Source: Rhodocyclaceae bacterium (GTDB lineage: Bacteria; Pseudomonadota; Gammaproteobacteria; Burkholderiales; Usitatibacteraceae). From it: a stretch of DNA of 64,000 bases. Below the pieces are notes generated by a model. That model was not told the DNA's origin, made no database searches, and saw only the letters and a program-made list of their open reading frames with translations. The stretch's first letter is position 1. Each line of letters begins with the position of its first letter. Where the stretch lies: positions 2,434-66,433 of the forward strand of contig JADCJC010000007.1 in assembly GCA_020247395.1 (NCBI GenBank), read 5' to 3'. A program made the translations under genes and the position numbers. Shown in pieces: positions 9,239 through 19,693 of the stretch.

Positions 9239-10425
9239 AGCGCCTCCGGGGTTTGCAGTAGTCTTGAAATGGCGGCGAGGTAAAGCGCACCGCAGTGACC
9301 ATCACTCGCGCGATGGTCGGCTGCGAGGGTGATCGTCACCACCGGATGCACGCCGACATGTCCATTGATTGCCCAGGCCCGTTCAACGATGCTTCCAAAC
9401 CCCACCAAGGCCAATTGCGGTGGATAGATCACACCGAACACGGCCTCCACTCCGCGGTCGCCGAGGCTGGTGAAGGTGATGGTGCTGTCGGTGATTTCGC
9501 TGCTGCGCAGTCCGCCCGAACGGGCGCGGCGCACCAATTCGGACAGTGCCTGCATCAAGGTGGAAAGGGGAAGGGTATCCGTGTTGTGAATTGCAGGGGC
9601 AATCAAACCGCCGCCGCGTATCGAGATGGCGTTACCTGCATGAATTTCACTGCTCAACACGGCACGCCCGTCGCGCCAAAAACCGTTTAGCTCAGGCACT
9701 TCGCGCAGCGCCAGCGCGGCGGCCTTAACCAGCAACACCCCAGTGGTGATGCGCTTGGTAATCGGTGATCCTTTGTTGTACGCATGCAGCCACTCAAGTG
9801 CCGTGCGCATGTCTACCGTGGTGGCAAGGTAGTAGTGCGGAATCTCACGTTTCGAGCGCGCCATCGCCGTCGCGATCGCTAGACGCATCTGGTCTGGATC
9901 AAAGCCGTGCAAACGGCGTGGCGATGCGGGCGTGGGTACAGATGCCGCGGCTGCCGCAGCGCGTTCGACATCAGAAACGGTGATCGCTCCGTTGATACCG
10001 CTGCCACCTATAGCGTTGATATCGATACCAAGTTCTCTCGCGCGTTTGCGAGCGGCGGGACTTGACTTCGTAACGTAGCTGCCCGGTGCTGGAGCCGTAG
10101 GCGCGACAGTTGGCACAGCAGCGCCGACAAGCGAGGGCGCGGGGTTAGGATGCGGCAATGGTGTTGCCGGTTGTGCCGTAGCTGCCAGTTCGCCTGCAAC
10201 ACGCACATGCGCAAGCAGGGCACCGACCTTGAGCTCAACATCGAGCGGCACGAGATCCTCAATGATGCCGTCGAGGAAGATCTCGACATCAATTGCGCCT
10301 TTGTGTGTTTCCACCACCGCAACCACGTCACCCGACCTGACTTGCGCCCCCGGCTGCACCAGCCATTGCACGACCTTGCCCGTCTCCATATCGGCTCCGA
10401 GTGAGGGCATCAGGAAATCAGCCAT
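9235..10425 (-). CDS. dihydrolipoamide acyltransferase (E2) of a 2-oxo acid/acetoin dehydrogenase complex
   Basis: Lipoyl domain (VVAVVETHKGAIDVE), a Pro/Ala linker, a peripheral subunit-binding domain (SPAARKRARELGIDINAIGGSG) and a catalytic domain (AADHRASDG). Confidence 0.85.
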   Translation of the reverse strand: MADFLMPSLGADMETGKVVQWLVQPGAQVRSGDVVAVVETHKGAIDVEIFLDGIIEDLVPLDVELKVGALLAHVRVAGELAATAQPATPLPHPNPAPSLVGAAVPTVAPTAPAPGSYVTKSSPAARKRARELGIDINAIGGSGINGAITVSDVERAAAAAASVPTPASPRRLHGFDPDQMRLAIATAMARSKREIPHYYLATTVDMRTALEWLHAYNKGSPITKRITTGVLLVKAAALALREVPELNGFWRDGRAVLSSEIHAGNAISIRGGGLIAPAIHNTDTLPLSTLMQALSELVRRARSGGLRSSEITDSTITFTSLGDRGVEAVFGVIYPPQLALVGFGSIVERAWAINGHVGVHPVVTITLAADHRASDGHCGALYLAAISRLLQTPEAL

Positions 10426-10452
10426 GTTGTGCTGTGCCTTGGGCGTCGTCAA

Positions 10453-11460
10453 TCAGTTCGACCGCACCAATCGATGCGCTTCACGAACGATATCGGCTAC
10501 CTTCGGCAATGCTGCTTCTTCCAAATGTTCGGCATAGGGCATCGGCACCTCGCGCGCGCAGATGCGGGCAATCGGCGCGTCGAGGTCAAAGAAGGCATGT
10601 TCCGCGAGCCGCGCGGCGATTTCGGCGGAGATCGAGCCACTTTTCCAGCCTTCATCGACAATCACGCAGCGGCGTGTTCGCCTCACGCTATCGAAGATCG
10701 CCGCTTCATCGAGTGGCCGCAGGACTCGCAGATCGAGTACTTCGGCCACGATACCATCGCTGGCCAAGATGTGGGCAGCATTGAGACACTTCGGCAGACT
10801 GTTGCCGTAGGTGATAAGACTCACGTCGGCGCGTCCACCGGCGCCAGCGTGCATCAACCTAGCGTGCTGAATGTCGACACTCTTGACGTTTGAATCAAGC
10901 GTAGCCTCCGCGTTGTAGAGCACGATGTGTTCGAAGATTAGCACTGGGTTCGGGTCTGCGAGCGCCCTCGCGAGCATGAAGCGTGCATCTTCCACAGTGC
11001 CCGGTGCCAACACCTTAAGGCCCGGAATGTGCGCAAACCAGCCCTCCAGACTGTGGGAGTGCTGTGCGCCTAGTTGTCGTCCACCCCCGGTGGCCATGCG
11101 AATGACCAACGGCACCGCGAATTGACCGCCCGACATATGCGGAATGGTTGCCGCATTGTTGAGGATCTGGTCAAGGGCGAGCAAGCTAAAGTTGCAGGTC
11201 ATGATTTCGACAATCGGCCTCAAGCCCGCCATCGCCGCACCGATGCCCACGCCGACAAAACCGTTTTCTGCCAGCGGCGTATCGACGATGCGCTCGGGGC
11301 CGAACTCCTCAAGCAGACCTTTCGTCACACCATAACATCCGCCATACTTGCCAACGTCTTCTCCCATCACGAAGGTACGCGGGTCGGCCAAGAGCGCATC
11401 GCGGATCGCCTGCTTGCAGGCTTCACGGTAGGTCAGACGTTGCGGCACGCTAGTACTCAT
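10453..11460 (-). CDS. 2-oxo acid/acetoin dehydrogenase E1 beta subunit
   Basis: Transketolase-like pyrimidine-binding and C-terminal domains ([10 protein letters not shown]...[11 protein letters not shown]). An ATGA overlap couples it to the E1 alpha stop. Confidence 0.85.
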   Translation of the reverse strand: MSTSVPQRLTYREACKQAIRDALLADPRTFVMGEDVGKYGGCYGVTKGLLEEFGPERIVDTPLAENGFVGVGIGAAMAGLRPIVEIMTCNFSLLALDQILNNAATIPHMSGGQFAVPLVIRMATGGGRQLGAQHSHSLEGWFAHIPGLKVLAPGTVEDARFMLARALADPNPVLIFEHIVLYNAEATLDSNVKSVDIQHARLMHAGAGGRADVSLITYGNSLPKCLNAAHILASDGIVAEVLDLRVLRPLDEAAIFDSVRRTRRCVIVDEGWKSGSISAEIAARLAEHAFFDLDAPIARICAREVPMPYAEHLEEAALPKVADIVREAHRLVRSN

Positions 11461-12491
11461 CGCGATGCTTCCCATCTCGCTGCTTCAGGCTCTGCGTCCA
11501 TAAGCACAAAACGCTCCAAGTCGGCTAGTGGCTCAAGCGTTCCTGCCGCTGCGAAGGCGACGGCATTGTCAAGTTCGGCATCGATCTCAGCGTCGATGCG
11601 CGCGAGCTCGGCCTCCGTGATCTGTTGGTTGCTGGACATCCAACTCTGCAGTTTCTCGATCGGATCGAGGTGCCTCCAACGTTCAACCTCGTCACGCGTG
11701 CGATAGGCTTGTGTGTCAAACATCGAATGCGCACGGAAGCGATAGGTTCGGCATTCGAGAAACACCGGCCCGGCATCGTCATTCGCGATATTGTCCCGAA
11801 TGCTCTCAACTGCGGCTTGCGCCGCCACTTGCACGGCCACCGGATCCATGCCATCTACTTGTTCCGACCTCATGCGATAACACGCCGCCTTTCGCCAGAC
11901 ATCCGTTTGCACGTCGGCATCGCTGAAGGGCACACCCATCGAGTACAGATTGTTTTCGCAAATGAAGAGTACGGGCAGCTTCCAGAGCTGGGCCAGATTC
12001 ATCGTTTCGTGGAATACACCCTCGCCAACTGCACCTTCGCCGAAGAAACATGCGGTGACCGCGCCACGCTTCAGGCGTTTGTCCGCCATCGCAATGCCAG
12101 CGGCAAGCGGCAGTCCGCCACCGACGATCGCGTTGCCACCAAAGAAACGCGTCCTAGCATCGAACACGTGCATCGATCCGCCGCGCCCGCGGCTGGTGCC
12201 TTCGAACTTGCCCATCATCTCAGCCATCAACGCATTCATTGACACGCCGCGCGCGAGCGCCTGCCCGTGTTCCCGATAAGTGGCGACTACCGCGTCTTGC
12301 GGCTTCAGAGCACTCATGACACCTGCCGCGATCGCCTCTTCACCATCGTATAGATGCAAGAAGCCGCGAATCTTTTGCGCTTGATAAAGCTCAACGCACT
12401 TTGCCTCAAAGCGACGGATTCGCAACATCTGCCGGAGAAGTTTGTGCAGATGTGCACGGTCGAGGTGAACTCTGGCCTTGTTCATATGCAT
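11457..12491 (-). CDS. 2-oxo acid/acetoin dehydrogenase E1 alpha subunit (TPP-dependent)
   Basis: TPP-binding region ([19 protein letters not shown]...[10 protein letters not shown]). The start is taken at the ATG at 12491 to avoid overlapping acsA. Confidence 0.85.
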   Translation of the reverse strand: MHMNKARVHLDRAHLHKLLRQMLRIRRFEAKCVELYQAQKIRGFLHLYDGEEAIAAGVMSALKPQDAVVATYREHGQALARGVSMNALMAEMMGKFEGTSRGRGGSMHVFDARTRFFGGNAIVGGGLPLAAGIAMADKRLKRGAVTACFFGEGAVGEGVFHETMNLAQLWKLPVLFICENNLYSMGVPFSDADVQTDVWRKAACYRMRSEQVDGMDPVAVQVAAQAAVESIRDNIANDDAGPVFLECRTYRFRAHSMFDTQAYRTRDEVERWRHLDPIEKLQSWMSSNQQITEAELARIDAEIDAELDNAVAFAAAGTLEPLADLERFVLMDAEPEAARWEASR

Positions 12492-12504
12492 TCCGTGATC
12501 GTGA

Positions 12505-14265
12505 TCATGTGCTCGTTTCCAGCGTTGAGAGATCGCCTTCGGGTAAGCCAAGCTCACGTGCCTTCAACAGACGGCGCATGATTTTGCCGCTTCGCGTCTT
12601 CGGAAGGCTCTGCGCGAATTCCAGCTGTTTCGGTGCAATCGCAGCGCCGAGACGGTGGCGCGCATGGGCGAGCAGCGCGCGTCGTAATTCTTCGTTTGCC
12701 GCATAACCGCTCTTCAGCGAGACGAAGGCTTTAATGAGTTCAAAGGCGACTGGATCGGGCTTACCAATCACGCCCGCCTCCGCGACGGCGGGATGCTCCA
12801 TCAACACGCTTTCGACTTCGAACGGGCCGATGAGATGGCCAGATGTCTTGATCACGTCATCCTTGCGCCCAATAAACCAGTAATAGCCATCGCAGTCACG
12901 TTTGGCAAGATCGCCAGTGAGATACCAGCCGTCGGCAAAACATGTCTTGTACCGATCGGATTGATTGAGATAGGCGCGAAACATCGATGGCCATCCTGCC
13001 TTCAACGCCAACTCGCCCTGTTCGTCCGGGTTTTCGATCACGTTGATACGGCCCGCTTTGTCCTGCGCCACCAATGCGGCCTCAATTCCGGGCATGGGCT
13101 TGCCCATCGAACCGGGGCGAATATCCATCGCGGCAAAATTCGCTAGCATGATGCCGCCGGTTTCGGTTTGCCACCAGTTGTCGTGAAACGGCAGTCCGAA
13201 CGCGTCCACGCCCCAGCGCACTGCTTCGGGATTGAGTGGCTCACCGACGCTCGCCAGAAATCGCAGGTCCGGCGTGCGATGCTGCCGCACAAGATCGAGC
13301 CCAGCCTTCATCATCATGCGAATCGCGGTCGGTGCCGTGTACCACACACTGACACGGTGATTTTGTAGGATGTTGTACCAGCGCTCTGCGTCGAACTCTG
13401 CTTCATCGACGATGCTGGTCACACCATTGGTGAGCGGCGCAATGATGCCGTACGAAGTGCCGGTAACCCAACCCGGATCGGCCGTACACCAGTAAATGTC
13501 GTCAGGGTGCAAATCAAGCGCGAGCTTGCCGGTGATGTGATGCGCGACCACCGCTTCATGCACATGCACCGCGCCTTTGGGTATGCCAGTGGTGCCGCTG
13601 GTGAAATGCAGCAGTGCTATGTCGTCAGGACGCGTTGGTGCGATAGTGTAAGCGTCGCTGCTCGCTTCCATTAAGGCATCCCAAGAAAGCGTGTTTGGTG
13701 GAGGCGCGCCTTCATTCTCGCTGACCAGAATCACGTGCTTTAAGGTAGGCAGGTCAGCGCGCACCGGTATGATCTTTCTTTTGTAGAGCGCTGGCGTTGT
13801 CACCAGTACTGAAGCTTCACCGAGATTCATGCGTTGACGGATCGGTTCCGGACCGAACGCGGAGAACAGGGTGCAGAAGACGGCTCGGTGCTTCCATGTA
13901 CCGAGGGCGGCCAGATACAACGCCGGAATGCGGCCCGTCAATGCAAACACGCGATCTCCAGCATTGATGCCCAATGAAGATAATGCGTTTGCAAAGCGGT
14001 TCGAAAGCAGGCTCAGTTCACCAAACGTAAACTCACGTTTGCTGCCGTCGCGCGCCAGCCAGCGAATCGCAGCATGTATCGCTCGCACAGTGTGTGCATG
14101 GCGGTCAACAGCTTCATAGGCGATATTGAGACCTTGGCTGCCAGGAAGTCCATCGAGTTCTTGGCGCGCACGCGCCCAAGTAAACTGCCGCTTGTAAGCC
14201 GCATAATCGGCGAGATTCGGTGCAACGCCCAAGCCTACAGATTTGCGGATGACGTCTGACACCAC
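12505..14265 (-). CDS. acsA: acetyl-CoA synthetase, Bacillus AcsA-like AMP-forming ligase
   Basis: AMP-binding motif [13 protein letters not shown], then [11 protein letters not shown] and [10 protein letters not shown]. It is colinear along its length with the AcsA-type N-terminus ([11 protein letters not shown]). Confidence 0.8.
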   Translation of the reverse strand: MVSDVIRKSVGLGVAPNLADYAAYKRQFTWARARQELDGLPGSQGLNIAYEAVDRHAHTVRAIHAAIRWLARDGSKREFTFGELSLLSNRFANALSSLGINAGDRVFALTGRIPALYLAALGTWKHRAVFCTLFSAFGPEPIRQRMNLGEASVLVTTPALYKRKIIPVRADLPTLKHVILVSENEGAPPPNTLSWDALMEASSDAYTIAPTRPDDIALLHFTSGTTGIPKGAVHVHEAVVAHHITGKLALDLHPDDIYWCTADPGWVTGTSYGIIAPLTNGVTSIVDEAEFDAERWYNILQNHRVSVWYTAPTAIRMMMKAGLDLVRQHRTPDLRFLASVGEPLNPEAVRWGVDAFGLPFHDNWWQTETGGIMLANFAAMDIRPGSMGKPMPGIEAALVAQDKAGRINVIENPDEQGELALKAGWPSMFRAYLNQSDRYKTCFADGWYLTGDLAKRDCDGYYWFIGRKDDVIKTSGHLIGPFEVESVLMEHPAVAEAGVIGKPDPVAFELIKAFVSLKSGYAANEELRRALLAHARHRLGAAIAPKQLEFAQSLPKTRSGKIMRRLLKARELGLPEGDLSTLETST

Positions 14266-14303
14266 TTGCTCCTAGGCTTTGCGCGCCGTTGCTCTGACGT
14301 GTT

Positions 14304-14783
14304 CTATTTCCAGCAGCCGTGAAAGCGATGTTCGACGGGCGGCTCCTTGGCAGGATCGCGCGCCTCACCAGCCGGCTCGTTTGACCAGAAGAGCTTGAAG
14401 GTTGCAGCACCCTTGCCACTGATGCTCACTGCGCGTTTCTGCGACTCACCTTTGTTGACTGCGCTCAGATTGTACGCACCGTCCGGTAGCTTAGCAAAAA
14501 GGCATGGTCCGTCGGAGACCGTATCAAGCACCGTCTTTCCTTTATCATCGACAACGCTCACGCGCACAGCAGCCAGATAAGCGCCGGACTTGGTGGCGAA
14601 CTGCAGGCGCAGGTTGTAGTCCTTTGCCGTCGCCTGCATTTCACCCTCCTCGTCATCACCCACACCACCTGAAACATAGGTGATATTGCCGACTGTCACG
14701 GGCGTGGGCTTTGCCCACCCGCCGACCGCTACGCTCGCGAGGACGATCGCAAGCACTATTTTGACCATTATTCTCATCTTCAA
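14304..14783 (-). CDS. secreted hypothetical protein, CarboxypepD_reg-like beta-sandwich
   Basis: Signal peptide MKMRIMVKIVLAIVLASVAVGGWA, followed by a region resembling carboxypeptidase-regulatory domains (LPDGAYNLSAV). Confidence 0.55.
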   Translation of the reverse strand: MKMRIMVKIVLAIVLASVAVGGWAKPTPVTVGNITYVSGGVGDDEEGEMQATAKDYNLRLQFATKSGAYLAAVRVSVVDDKGKTVLDTVSDGPCLFAKLPDGAYNLSAVNKGESQKRAVSISGKGAATFKLFWSNEPAGEARDPAKEPPVEHRFHGCWK

Positions 14784-14843
14784 CTCCTTGGCTCACAATA
14801 TAAATCAGTGCGAGCCATGCTACAGACGCCAGGAGAGATGTTG

Positions 14844-14857
14844 TTGCGCAAAGTCAA
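14844..14857. promoter_or_regulatory. degenerate FNR/Dnr-type box TTGCG-CAAA-GTCAA
   Basis: The centre lies about 67 bp upstream of the start at 14783. It shares the 11-mer TTGCGCAAAGT with the box at 27505. Confidence 0.35.
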
Positions 14858-14886
14858 ATAATCACAAAGCAGATTACACAACAGGG

Positions 14887-15300
14887 TCAGTCGGCGCGAA
14901 TGATGACGATTGGGGTCTTTCCCACTTGCGGCGGTTTCCTCGTCGAGCCAAGGACCGCGCTTTGGATTGCGCCGATGCCACGCGCACCAACGTAGATGAA
15001 ATTAGCTTTTTGTTCTTCGGCGACTGAGGCTACCATCGACGGCGCGTCGCCTACTGAGTGACCGCTGGTAAATGGAACACCAGATGTGTCGAAGAAACGT
15101 TTGCCCCTCGCACGTGCAAGTTCGGCGTTTCCGCCGACAATACTTTCAATCGTTAGTGTATCGACGACCATGTGTGTGCCGTATAGCGGCGGTATCGGCG
15201 GGCAAATGTGGATCAGATGAATACGCAGCGTTTTCTTGAACATTAAACGGTGTTTTATCAAGGCGCGCCGTGCTTTAGTCCTGAGTCGCTTTAATGTCAC
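14887..15300 (-). CDS. universal stress protein family, possibly N-terminally truncated
   Basis: C-terminal USP motif (FIYVGARGIGAIQSAVLGS...PIVIIRAD). The usual first beta-strand/ATP-binding N-terminus is not recognisable. Confidence 0.5.
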   Translation of the reverse strand: MTLKRLRTKARRALIKHRLMFKKTLRIHLIHICPPIPPLYGTHMVVDTLTIESIVGGNAELARARGKRFFDTSGVPFTSGHSVGDAPSMVASVAEEQKANFIYVGARGIGAIQSAVLGSTRKPPQVGKTPIVIIRAD

Positions 15301-15390
15301 TAATGCTTAAATGCCGTGTTGTGTCGCGGTACGGGTTGATCGCCTGCCTAGGTTGCTAAGCGATGAACGACACGCCACATACCGCGTTTG

Positions 15391-16005
15391 CTACAGCATT
15401 CCGCTCCTTTCGAGTTCACGCATGATGATGTGTACGAGGGCCTTAGCCTCGCGTTCGACCATGCTATCTCCATCGGTTCGCGTTCGTGCCGTCCACGCGA
15501 TTTTTCCCGAAGCTACATCGGTTACACTGGTAGCAACCGCGAAGCGCTCGACCGCGAAGCGCTCGAATAACCGAATTTCCGTGCGAACGTAGGCGTAAGG
15601 CCAATGGTGCACATACCATCCGTCGAAGCTGCTGCCGAACTGCGCGCCAGGCTCGGCGATGATGCGCTAGACGTGTTCGCGTGCAATGACAACGTTTGAA
15701 ACGATTGCCGAAACATTGCGAGCACGCGCCGCCATTAACAATGGCACCGTGCCATTCAGGACGAGATGCCCGGACAGTACTTCGTAGCTCCGCACAGAGG
15801 CGATGCCGCGTTCTTTGAGGTGATCCACCAGAGCATCCTCATATAGCCTACGTAGAGTCTCGTCGCGCGTGAGACCAACCACCATGATAGTTCCACTCAG
15901 CTTTCGACCGGCAAACTCGGGGTTTGACCACTGCGCATCGAGGCGCGTGGTATTGCAGGCCGAGAGCAGAAACAACACCCACACGGCGGCGATCAAATAG
16001 GTCAA
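15391..16005 (-). pseudogene. lipoprotein gene interrupted by one in-frame TAG
   Basis: Lipobox LLSAC at the N-terminus. ORFs 15667..16005 and 15391..15612 are in the same frame and are separated only by the TAG at 15667-15669. The read-through sequence (RIIAEPGAQFGSSFDGWYV) is protein-like. Confidence 0.55.
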
Positions 16006-16196
16006 ATTGATAATGGCTCGATTGAGGTTTGCTTGTCGTCTCAGTATTTCCTCAAACGTTCACCCGTCTGAAAACTCACGGCGTCGGGCTATTTGAGCGA
16101 TTTTTCCTCGGGTCTATGTTGAGTATCCTCAAGTCTGGGCTGAAATGCGCCTCGTAGTCGCATTTGACGGACGCTGGCGACATATTGACAACAATC

Positions 16197-17072
16197 TCAG
16201 CCCGCACCAGCTGCCGGTAGCCGTGGCAGCAATGCGGAGGCAGGATGCTGACGCCAAGACGGCGGCGTCGTACGCATACTGTCGATGACGACCAGATAGC
16301 GACCAGACCACGGCGTTGGATTGCGATCCGGTGGCAAAACCCAAAATCGCCGTTTGCCTTCACGCATGGCGCGATCGTAGTCCGCATCGAGCGCACCGTA
16401 GTGATCCAGAAAGTGATTCAGTGTCGCCGGAATGCGAATGCAGCCTTTCGAGGTAGGCGCGCCCAGTCTCGGCTCAAGTAGGCGGGGATCGGTTGCGTGC
16501 ATCTGCAATCGCATCAACGTCTCCACTGGTGTTCCCCAGCCTCTCGTGGTACGTACCCAACCAAAGTCGTAGACGCGCATCCCCTTGGCACCATAGCCCC
16601 GCACACCGAACTCATTCGGCGTACCCTCTGCGCGAAAGTCCGGATTTGCAAGAGAATGCTCAAACACACCCACTGGTGTGGCGAAGTGCTCGAAGGTACC
16701 AGGTTTTCCCGTGGAGACGGGCGAGGCACCGATAAAATAAGAGATGCTCGACTCAGAACGCCAGAGTAGCACCGCGACCTGCGAGTATGGATCGCGATCG
16801 ACCAAGACAACAAACTGTGCAGATAGTGCGGCATTGCCTGCGTCGCTGAGTGCTCGGTCAAGGCTTCGCGTGTAGGACAGGCGCTCCTCATCTGACATCG
16901 CAATGCGTTTGTTAACTTCACGCGCAAAGACGGGGATCAAGTCAAGCCCCGATTTCCACTGATTCTCCGAGGCGGTGGCGAAAGTCGTGCCAAATAGCAT
17001 GACAAAACAGACCGCGTCCAAGGTTACGCCCGATATCGCAGCTCGGAAGTGTAAACGCTGCGCCATGTTCAT
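16197..17072 (-). CDS. L,D-transpeptidase (YkuD) family protein
   Basis: Catalytic motif SKGCIRIP and an N-terminal hydrophobic signal. The start overlaps the stop of the upstream P-type ATPase. Confidence 0.7.
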   Translation of the reverse strand: MNMAQRLHFRAAISGVTLDAVCFVMLFGTTFATASENQWKSGLDLIPVFAREVNKRIAMSDEERLSYTRSLDRALSDAGNAALSAQFVVLVDRDPYSQVAVLLWRSESSISYFIGASPVSTGKPGTFEHFATPVGVFEHSLANPDFRAEGTPNEFGVRGYGAKGMRVYDFGWVRTTRGWGTPVETLMRLQMHATDPRLLEPRLGAPTSKGCIRIPATLNHFLDHYGALDADYDRAMREGKRRFWVLPPDRNPTPWSGRYLVVIDSMRTTPPSWRQHPASALLPRLPAAGAG

Positions 17073-19609
17073 TCTGCTTTGACCGCCCGTCGGAAAAGAC
17101 GGTGCTTTGTGATGAGCATCACAATTGTCAAACCGATCATGGCGATGCTTATCGCAAGTGCGCTGGTGCTAAGCGGCGCGAAGTGAAAAATCTCGCGCGC
17201 CGACGGAAGGGTCAAGGCAACACCCATTGCCGTCAACGCCACAGTAGTTACGATCCACAAGGCCCAGTTTTGCGGGCCGCGTGAATGCGCCTTCTTGTTG
17301 GCTCTCCCAAGCGCGTAATGCCCGCGCTGTGCAAAGATCAACGCCAAATTGGTACACACCATGACTGCGAATATGGCGGCGCGCAGCTCTGTATCATCCG
17401 TATCAATAGCGCGCAGCAGTGTCAGAGAGGCGAGTACACCGGCCAGTGCGATGCTGCCATCGATCACGGCATGAAGCATGTTCGGCCACGACAGCACAGA
17501 TTCGTCGAGTCGCCTCGGTGCCTGCTCCATGAGATCGTGCGCGGCTGGTTCAGCCTCGAATACGACGGAGCAGGCCGGGTCGATCACGAACTCAAAAAAC
17601 ATGACGTGCACCGGCATCAGTATCGACGGCAAGCCAGGAATGAGCGGAAGTGCGGCAAGCCCGATGATTGGCACATGCACGGCCACCACGTATTGCAGCG
17701 CATGGCGCAGATTTTCAAACATGCGCCGCCCCGCGCGAATGGCGATGACGATTGAGGCGAAGTCGTCGTTCACCAATACCATCCCTGCCGCTTCTCGAGC
17801 CACATCCGAGCCGCGCTTGCCCATTGCGATGCCGATAGTCGCCGCCTTTAGTGCAGGCGCGTCGTTGACGCCGTCACCAGTCATGCCGACGACAACATGC
17901 GTTGATAGCAGCGCATTAACGATGCGAAGCTTTTGCAACGGCGCCACGCGCGCGACCGCGTGTACCTCGCCCAGCATTCGCTGCAGTTCCGCTTCGTCGA
18001 GTTGTTCGAGTTCATTGCCGTTCATTACGACAGGCGAATCTGTCAGCTCTACCAACCCTGCGTCGCGTGCGATCTGCCGAGCCGTACCCGGGTAGTCGCC
18101 AGTGATCATGATGACGCGAATCCCGGCGCGGCGACATTCGTTGAGGGCGTAGGGGACTTCCCTGCGAAGAGGGTCCTGGAAGCCCAGCAAAGCGACCATC
18201 TCTAAGCGCACGTCGCGTAGATGCGCAGGCAGCTTGCTGTTGTTTGACAGTCGAGCGCTCGCCAGCGCCAGCACGCGTAATCCCGAATTTGCAAGTGTGT
18301 CAATACGCCGCAGCCACTGACTACGTTCAGTTGCAGGCAGGTCGCACTTTGCTAGTACTGTCTCTGGGGCACCTTTTACCGCTAAGAGACAAGCGTTCTC
18401 GCTTTCCCACGTCTTCCAAACATAGCCGACTGCGGCGAATCCGGACTGCATCGGGTAGCGTTTCAACAACATCCCAGTATGAAGCGGCGTGCGACCCTCT
18501 GGCGGTAGCAATGACAGCGCTTGCAGACAGGCACGATCCATCGGGTCCACTGCCTGCGGATTTGACGCCGCGGCACCCATAGCGATGATGTGCGCGAGGC
18601 CTTCGCGCATGGCTGACTGGTCAGGGAGCGGGAACAGTACCGTGCCTTGTATATCGGTCATGGCGGTGAGCTGCATACGGTTTTCCGTCAACGTGCCGGT
18701 TTTATCGACACAAAGTACGTTTACCGCACCGAGCGCTTCGATGGCATCGTTGCGCCTAGCCAGCACACCGGCCTGTGCGATGCGCCACGCGGCTAGGGCT
18801 AGAAATACCGTGATGACCAGTGGAAACTCTTGGGGAAGGATCGCCATCGCCAGCGTAAGGCCGGCGAGGACGGCGGCGTACCAATCGCGTTGCTGAAATC
18901 CCAAGATCAACATGAGCACGAGGCACAGCACGATCGCCATTGCGCCAAAGCGCGTGGCGAGCCGTGCAGTATCACGTCGTAACGGTGTGTCGCCACTGTC
19001 GATGTCTGCGACGGCCGCGCTGATGCGGCCAAACTCGGTATGTCGGCCCAACGCCGTAATCGTAGCAAGTCCATGACCAGCGACCACCATGGTGCCAGCG
19101 TACACGCAGTGATTTCGTGCCTCGTGTGGTGCCATGTCTGCGTAGCTCATGGAATTCGCCGTGGACATCGGTGTCTTCATCACGGCGGCCGATTCACCGG
19201 TAAGCAAAGATTCATCGACGCAGAGACCATCGCATTCGATCAGTAAGGCATCTGCGGCGACGCGGTCACCTTCGCTGAGAATCATGCAATCGCCGGAGAC
19301 AAGTTCCGCAGTCGCGACGCGCACCGGGTCGCCGTTGCGAAGCACCATAGCACGCGGCGCCGATAATTCGCGCAGCCGATCTAATACGCGGTCGGTTCGG
19401 TAGCACTGAACCACGTAGATTCCTGCGGCGACGGCAGCTGAGGCTAGCAGTACGGCGGCGTCAGTACTCTCGCCGATGAGCAGATACACGACGCCAGCCG
19501 CAAACAGCAGGAGGAACAATGGCTCGACCAATAATTCGCCGACCGTTTGTGCCAGTGACATCAGCGCGCTTTTGCGCCAGCGGCCGGTACTGTCGCGGGA
19601 AGGGAGCAT
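17069..19609 (-). CDS. cation-transporting P-type ATPase (P2/Ca2+-type-like)
   Basis: Motifs TGES, DKTGTLT, TGDYPGTA and GDGVNDAPAL, plus about 10 predicted TM segments. The start may instead be the Met at 19561. Confidence 0.8.
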   Translation of the reverse strand: MLPSRDSTGRWRKSALMSLAQTVGELLVEPLFLLLFAAGVVYLLIGESTDAAVLLASAAVAAGIYVVQCYRTDRVLDRLRELSAPRAMVLRNGDPVRVATAELVSGDCMILSEGDRVAADALLIECDGLCVDESLLTGESAAVMKTPMSTANSMSYADMAPHEARNHCVYAGTMVVAGHGLATITALGRHTEFGRISAAVADIDSGDTPLRRDTARLATRFGAMAIVLCLVLMLILGFQQRDWYAAVLAGLTLAMAILPQEFPLVITVFLALAAWRIAQAGVLARRNDAIEALGAVNVLCVDKTGTLTENRMQLTAMTDIQGTVLFPLPDQSAMREGLAHIIAMGAAASNPQAVDPMDRACLQALSLLPPEGRTPLHTGMLLKRYPMQSGFAAVGYVWKTWESENACLLAVKGAPETVLAKCDLPATERSQWLRRIDTLANSGLRVLALASARLSNNSKLPAHLRDVRLEMVALLGFQDPLRREVPYALNECRRAGIRVIMITGDYPGTARQIARDAGLVELTDSPVVMNGNELEQLDEAELQRMLGEVHAVARVAPLQKLRIVNALLSTHVVVGMTGDGVNDAPALKAATIGIAMGKRGSDVAREAAGMVLVNDDFASIVIAIRAGRRMFENLRHALQYVVAVHVPIIGLAALPLIPGLPSILMPVHVMFFEFVIDPACSVVFEAEPAAHDLMEQAPRRLDESVLSWPNMLHAVIDGSIALAGVLASLTLLRAIDTDDTELRAAIFAVMVCTNLALIFAQRGHYALGRANKKAHSRGPQNWALWIVTTVALTAMGVALTLPSAREIFHFAPLSTSALAISIAMIGLTIVMLITKHRLFRRAVKAE

Positions 19610-19693
19610 ATGCGAGTGTTTGACTGAAACTGCAACGCTACCGCACTCTGGCGCTGGGCGTGCTGAGAAACATCAAGCCAGACTGAAAAATCA

